A stretch of DNA of 64,000 nt from an uncultured Verrucomicrobiae bacterium (lineage in GTDB: Bacteria; Verrucomicrobiota; Verrucomicrobiia; Palsa-1439): assembly GCA_963812605.1 (NCBI GenBank), contig CAWEWF010000014.1, positions 384,001 through 448,000 on the forward strand, given 5' to 3'. Both the position numbers and the translations under genes were made by a program. Shown here piece after piece: positions 61,414 through 64,000 of this stretch (position 1 is its first letter; the number at the start of each line of letters is the position of its first letter). Under the pieces are notes generated by a model. That model did no database searches, was not told where the DNA came from, and worked only from the letters and a program-made list of their open reading frames with translations.

Positions 61414-62676
61414 ATGGTCGGTTGCGTGCTGCTGTTCGTCGTGGTGTATGGCGTGAGTAACTGGCTGGCGTCACAGCGCGCCCAGGTGGGCACGTGGTTT
61501 TATGATTGGGAAATGCGGATCCCGTTTGTGCCGGTAATGATCGTGCCGTATTGGTCGATCGACCTGTTCTTTCTTGGTTCCTTCTGGGTGTGCAGCGATC
61601 GCCGCGAGCTTGAAGTCCTTGGGCGACGGATCGCCTGCGCGATCCTCGTGGCCGGTATCTTCTTTGTGGCGATGCCGCTACGTATTGGGTTTCCACGTCC
61701 GCCGGTTTCGGGGGCGCTGGGCGCAATGTTTGGGTTGTTGCGGGCGTTTGACCAGCCGCACAATCTGTTTCCGTCGTTGCATATCGCGCTGTGGTTGATC
61801 CTGCGTACTGTGTACGTGCGGCACACGCGAGGAATGTGGCAGTGGGTGGTGAAACTGTGGTTCGTATTGATTGCCGTGTCGACTTTGTTGACGTGGCAAC
61901 ACCAGGTTGTGGACGTACTCGGTGGTCTTGGCTTGGCAGTGGTCTGCTTCTACTCGTTTCGCGAAACGCCGGCCTGTTTGCCCGTCACGCCGAATTACCG
62001 GGTGGGGAGTTATTACTCCGTTGGAAGCTTGGTGCTGGCGGGAACGGGTGTTCTTTGGCCGTGGTTGCTGTGGCCGGCACTTGCGCTGGCGCTGGTGGCG
62101 ACCGGGTATTTCGGGATCGGCCCGGCTGTGTTTCGGAAGGAGAACGGTGGTCTGCCCTTGAGCACAAAATTACTGCTCGGCCCGGTCGTGGTCGGGCAAT
62201 GGTTGTCGCTGGTGTACTACCGGCGGCAATGCCGGCCCTGGGACGAAGTTGTGCCGGGCCTGTTTATCGGACGACAATTGAGCGATACGGAAGCGGCCGC
62301 TGTCGGTGCGACAGCGGTGCTGGATTTAACGTGCGAGTTTTCCGAGGCGCGACCATTTTTGGCGGTAGTCTATTGCAATCTTCCCGTTCTCGATCTCACC
62401 GGGCCGACGCCGCAACAGTTGCGCGAAGCCGTGACGTTCATCACGGAGCATGCGGGGAAGGGGAAGGTGTACGTCCATTGCAAGATTGGTTACTCGCGCA
62501 GCGCTGCCGTGGTTGGTTCTTATTTGTTGGCCAGCAAACGGGCTGCGTCCGTGGAGGAGGCGGTCGCGTTACTGTGCGCGGCGCGACCGCCAATCATTGT
62601 GCGTCCCGAAGCGATGGAAGCGTTGCGAACCTTTGCGAAACTGACGGTGCCGTCATTGGGCGGGAGTTGCGGGTAA
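61414..62676 (+). CDS. ynbD: PAP2 + dual-specificity phosphatase fusion (YnbD-like); start uncertain (61360 or 61414)
   Basis: WE..IPF.P..IVPYWSID, D.P.N.FPSLH, QH..VD; HCKIGYSRS. Confidence 0.85.
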   Translation: MVGCVLLFVVVYGVSNWLASQRAQVGTWFYDWEMRIPFVPVMIVPYWSIDLFFLGSFWVCSDRRELEVLGRRIACAILVAGIFFVAMPLRIGFPRPPVSGALGAMFGLLRAFDQPHNLFPSLHIALWLILRTVYVRHTRGMWQWVVKLWFVLIAVSTLLTWQHQVVDVLGGLGLAVVCFYSFRETPACLPVTPNYRVGSYYSVGSLVLAGTGVLWPWLLWPALALALVATGYFGIGPAVFRKENGGLPLSTKLLLGPVVVGQWLSLVYYRRQCRPWDEVVPGLFIGRQLSDTEAAAVGATAVLDLTCEFSEARPFLAVVYCNLPVLDLTGPTPQQLREAVTFITEHAGKGKVYVHCKIGYSRSAAVVGSYLLASKRAASVEEAVALLCAARPPIIVRPEAMEALRTFAKLTVPSLGGSCG

Positions 62677-63999
62677 TGACAGTACCGGGCAATACGGGCC
62701 GATCAATTCCCGTCGCCACCAGGCGCCGGTCTTGCGGCGGGTGGCGAAGTCGGTGAAGTGATAATCGTACTCGGTCGCGCGGAGGTAGCGCGGCGGGGCG
62801 TTGGGGAAGGGGTCGGTTTTCAGGAGCGCGAGGACCTCCGGCTGGCCTTGCAGGAGCCGGGCGCAAAAGTTGATGAACCACGAGCTGGGTTCGCGGTGCG
62901 GGTTCAAGACGTTGAGGGCCTCGAACCACATTTGCCAATCGAGCCGGGGCTGGTGGGGCGCGACGAAGGCGGGTCGTCGGGTCGGATCTCCGGGCTTGTA
63001 CTTGAATTCGTAGGCCGACCACGTCTGACCGTCGTTGCTGCCTTCGATGATGATTTCGGGGCGGGACGTCGTCATCATGGCGAACAGGCCGTAGCCGTTG
63101 AAGCTCCGCAGTGGGGCCAGCGTGCGGTAGAGACTCACCATGGGGCTGGGCCATGAAATTGGTTCGCGGAAGGACCCCGCCAGTGTCATCACTGTGACCA
63201 GGAGCACTAGCGCTGCTACAGGCGCGGTGATCCAACAGGGACATCGCCAACAGCGAGGATTGGCTGTCAGGGTTCGCCAAGGCGACGGGGCGAACCGACG
63301 CAATGCCGCATCGTCCATTAGTAGCACGCAGAGCGCGAGGGCCAGGAGATTGAAGAAGCAATAATTCCCCGTCATCGCGATCAGCGCCATCAGTGTGACA
63401 ATCGCGCCGCAGGCGAAAAACCGCAGTCGGCGCGGGGCGAAGATCAGGAACGGGACAGCCAGCTCGACCGCGAAGAGAAATCCGCAAGAAAACTTTTGGA
63501 ACCACAGGGGAAGCTGGTGCGCATACCACCCGATCCAGGTCGGCAGCGGCTGCGTTTCGTAGTGGAAGGTCAGCGCGGTGAGGCTGTGCCACGTCTTGTC
63601 ACCTGTCGCGAGCTTGACCACGCCTGAGGCGAACATTAGCCGAAAGAGCAACCAACGCAGCAGCCAGAGCGCAGTGCGCGATGGCGGCGCTTCGCGGGCC
63701 AAGCTGGGCAGCAGTTGTCGTGGCGCGAAGAAGATTGCCAGCAAGCCTGTTTCCAAGAGCAGCGCGTCCCACTGGAAGTTCAGGAACGGTTCGCCGACAA
63801 CGCACAAGGATAAATAGAACAGCCACAGCAGCGCCAGCGAGGGGGCGGTTGCGATTCCGAGAATTACCAGCACGGCCAACACCGCGCCGCCACCGCATAG
63901 AAAATGCAAAAATCTGTCGCTGGCGCTGAACCAGCAAAGTGTCGGGGCGAGAGAGAGGGCGTCCCAAACGTTATGCGCGCGCGACCAGTTGTGGACGGC
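62653..63999 (-). CDS. Lipase maturation factor (LMF) family protein (5' truncated by window edge)
   Basis: FQWDALLLETG, LLFRLMF.SGVVKL, HYETQPLP, TGNY.FFN, YEFKYKPG, PHQPRLDWQMWF. Confidence 0.92.
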   Translation of the reverse strand, partial: AVHNWSRAHNVWDALSLAPTLCWFSASDRFLHFLCGGGAVLAVLVILGIATAPSLALLWLFYLSLCVVGEPFLNFQWDALLLETGLLAIFFAPRQLLPSLAREAPPSRTALWLLRWLLFRLMFASGVVKLATGDKTWHSLTALTFHYETQPLPTWIGWYAHQLPLWFQKFSCGFLFAVELAVPFLIFAPRRLRFFACGAIVTLMALIAMTGNYCFFNLLALALCVLLMDDAALRRFAPSPWRTLTANPRCWRCPCWITAPVAALVLLVTVMTLAGSFREPISWPSPMVSLYRTLAPLRSFNGYGLFAMMTTSRPEIIIEGSNDGQTWSAYEFKYKPGDPTRRPAFVAPHQPRLDWQMWFEALNVLNPHREPSSWFINFCARLLQGQPEVLALLKTDPFPNAPPRYLRATEYDYHFTDFATRRKTGAWWRRELIGPYCPVLSLPATPAQ

Positions 64000-64000
64000 T

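Overview
GC-rich bacterial chromosome segment, most likely Verrucomicrobia/PVC (inferred from H-X9-DG pilin-like genes, a GloVer-type repeat protein and LL-DAP aminotransferase). It is mostly housekeeping (panB, dapL, panC, nadB, pheS/pheT, rarA, rny, ymdB, bioF/bioA, thiC behind a TPP riboswitch, pgi). It also holds a glycosylation/glycolipid cluster around tRNA-Val(CAC), a 6S RNA, tRNA-Pro(CGG), two pilin-like genes (one with a sigma54-type promoter) and a ynbABCD-like lipid operon. About eight genes carry small frameshifts, most simply read as sequencing errors. The most unusual signal is at 22145-22591: a small GIY-YIG nuclease gene lies between tRNA-Pro and a duplicated tRNA 3' portion whose anticodon arm and T arm are each replaced by a short palindrome sharing the core CCCGA-N6-TCGGG. 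One of these palindromes recurs at 4016 (inside a REP hairpin) and 45777 (thiC leader), suggesting a nuclease-associated, hairpin-replacing mini-element. No CRISPR array, rRNA, integrase or transposase was seen. Family calls come from motif recognition, not database searches.
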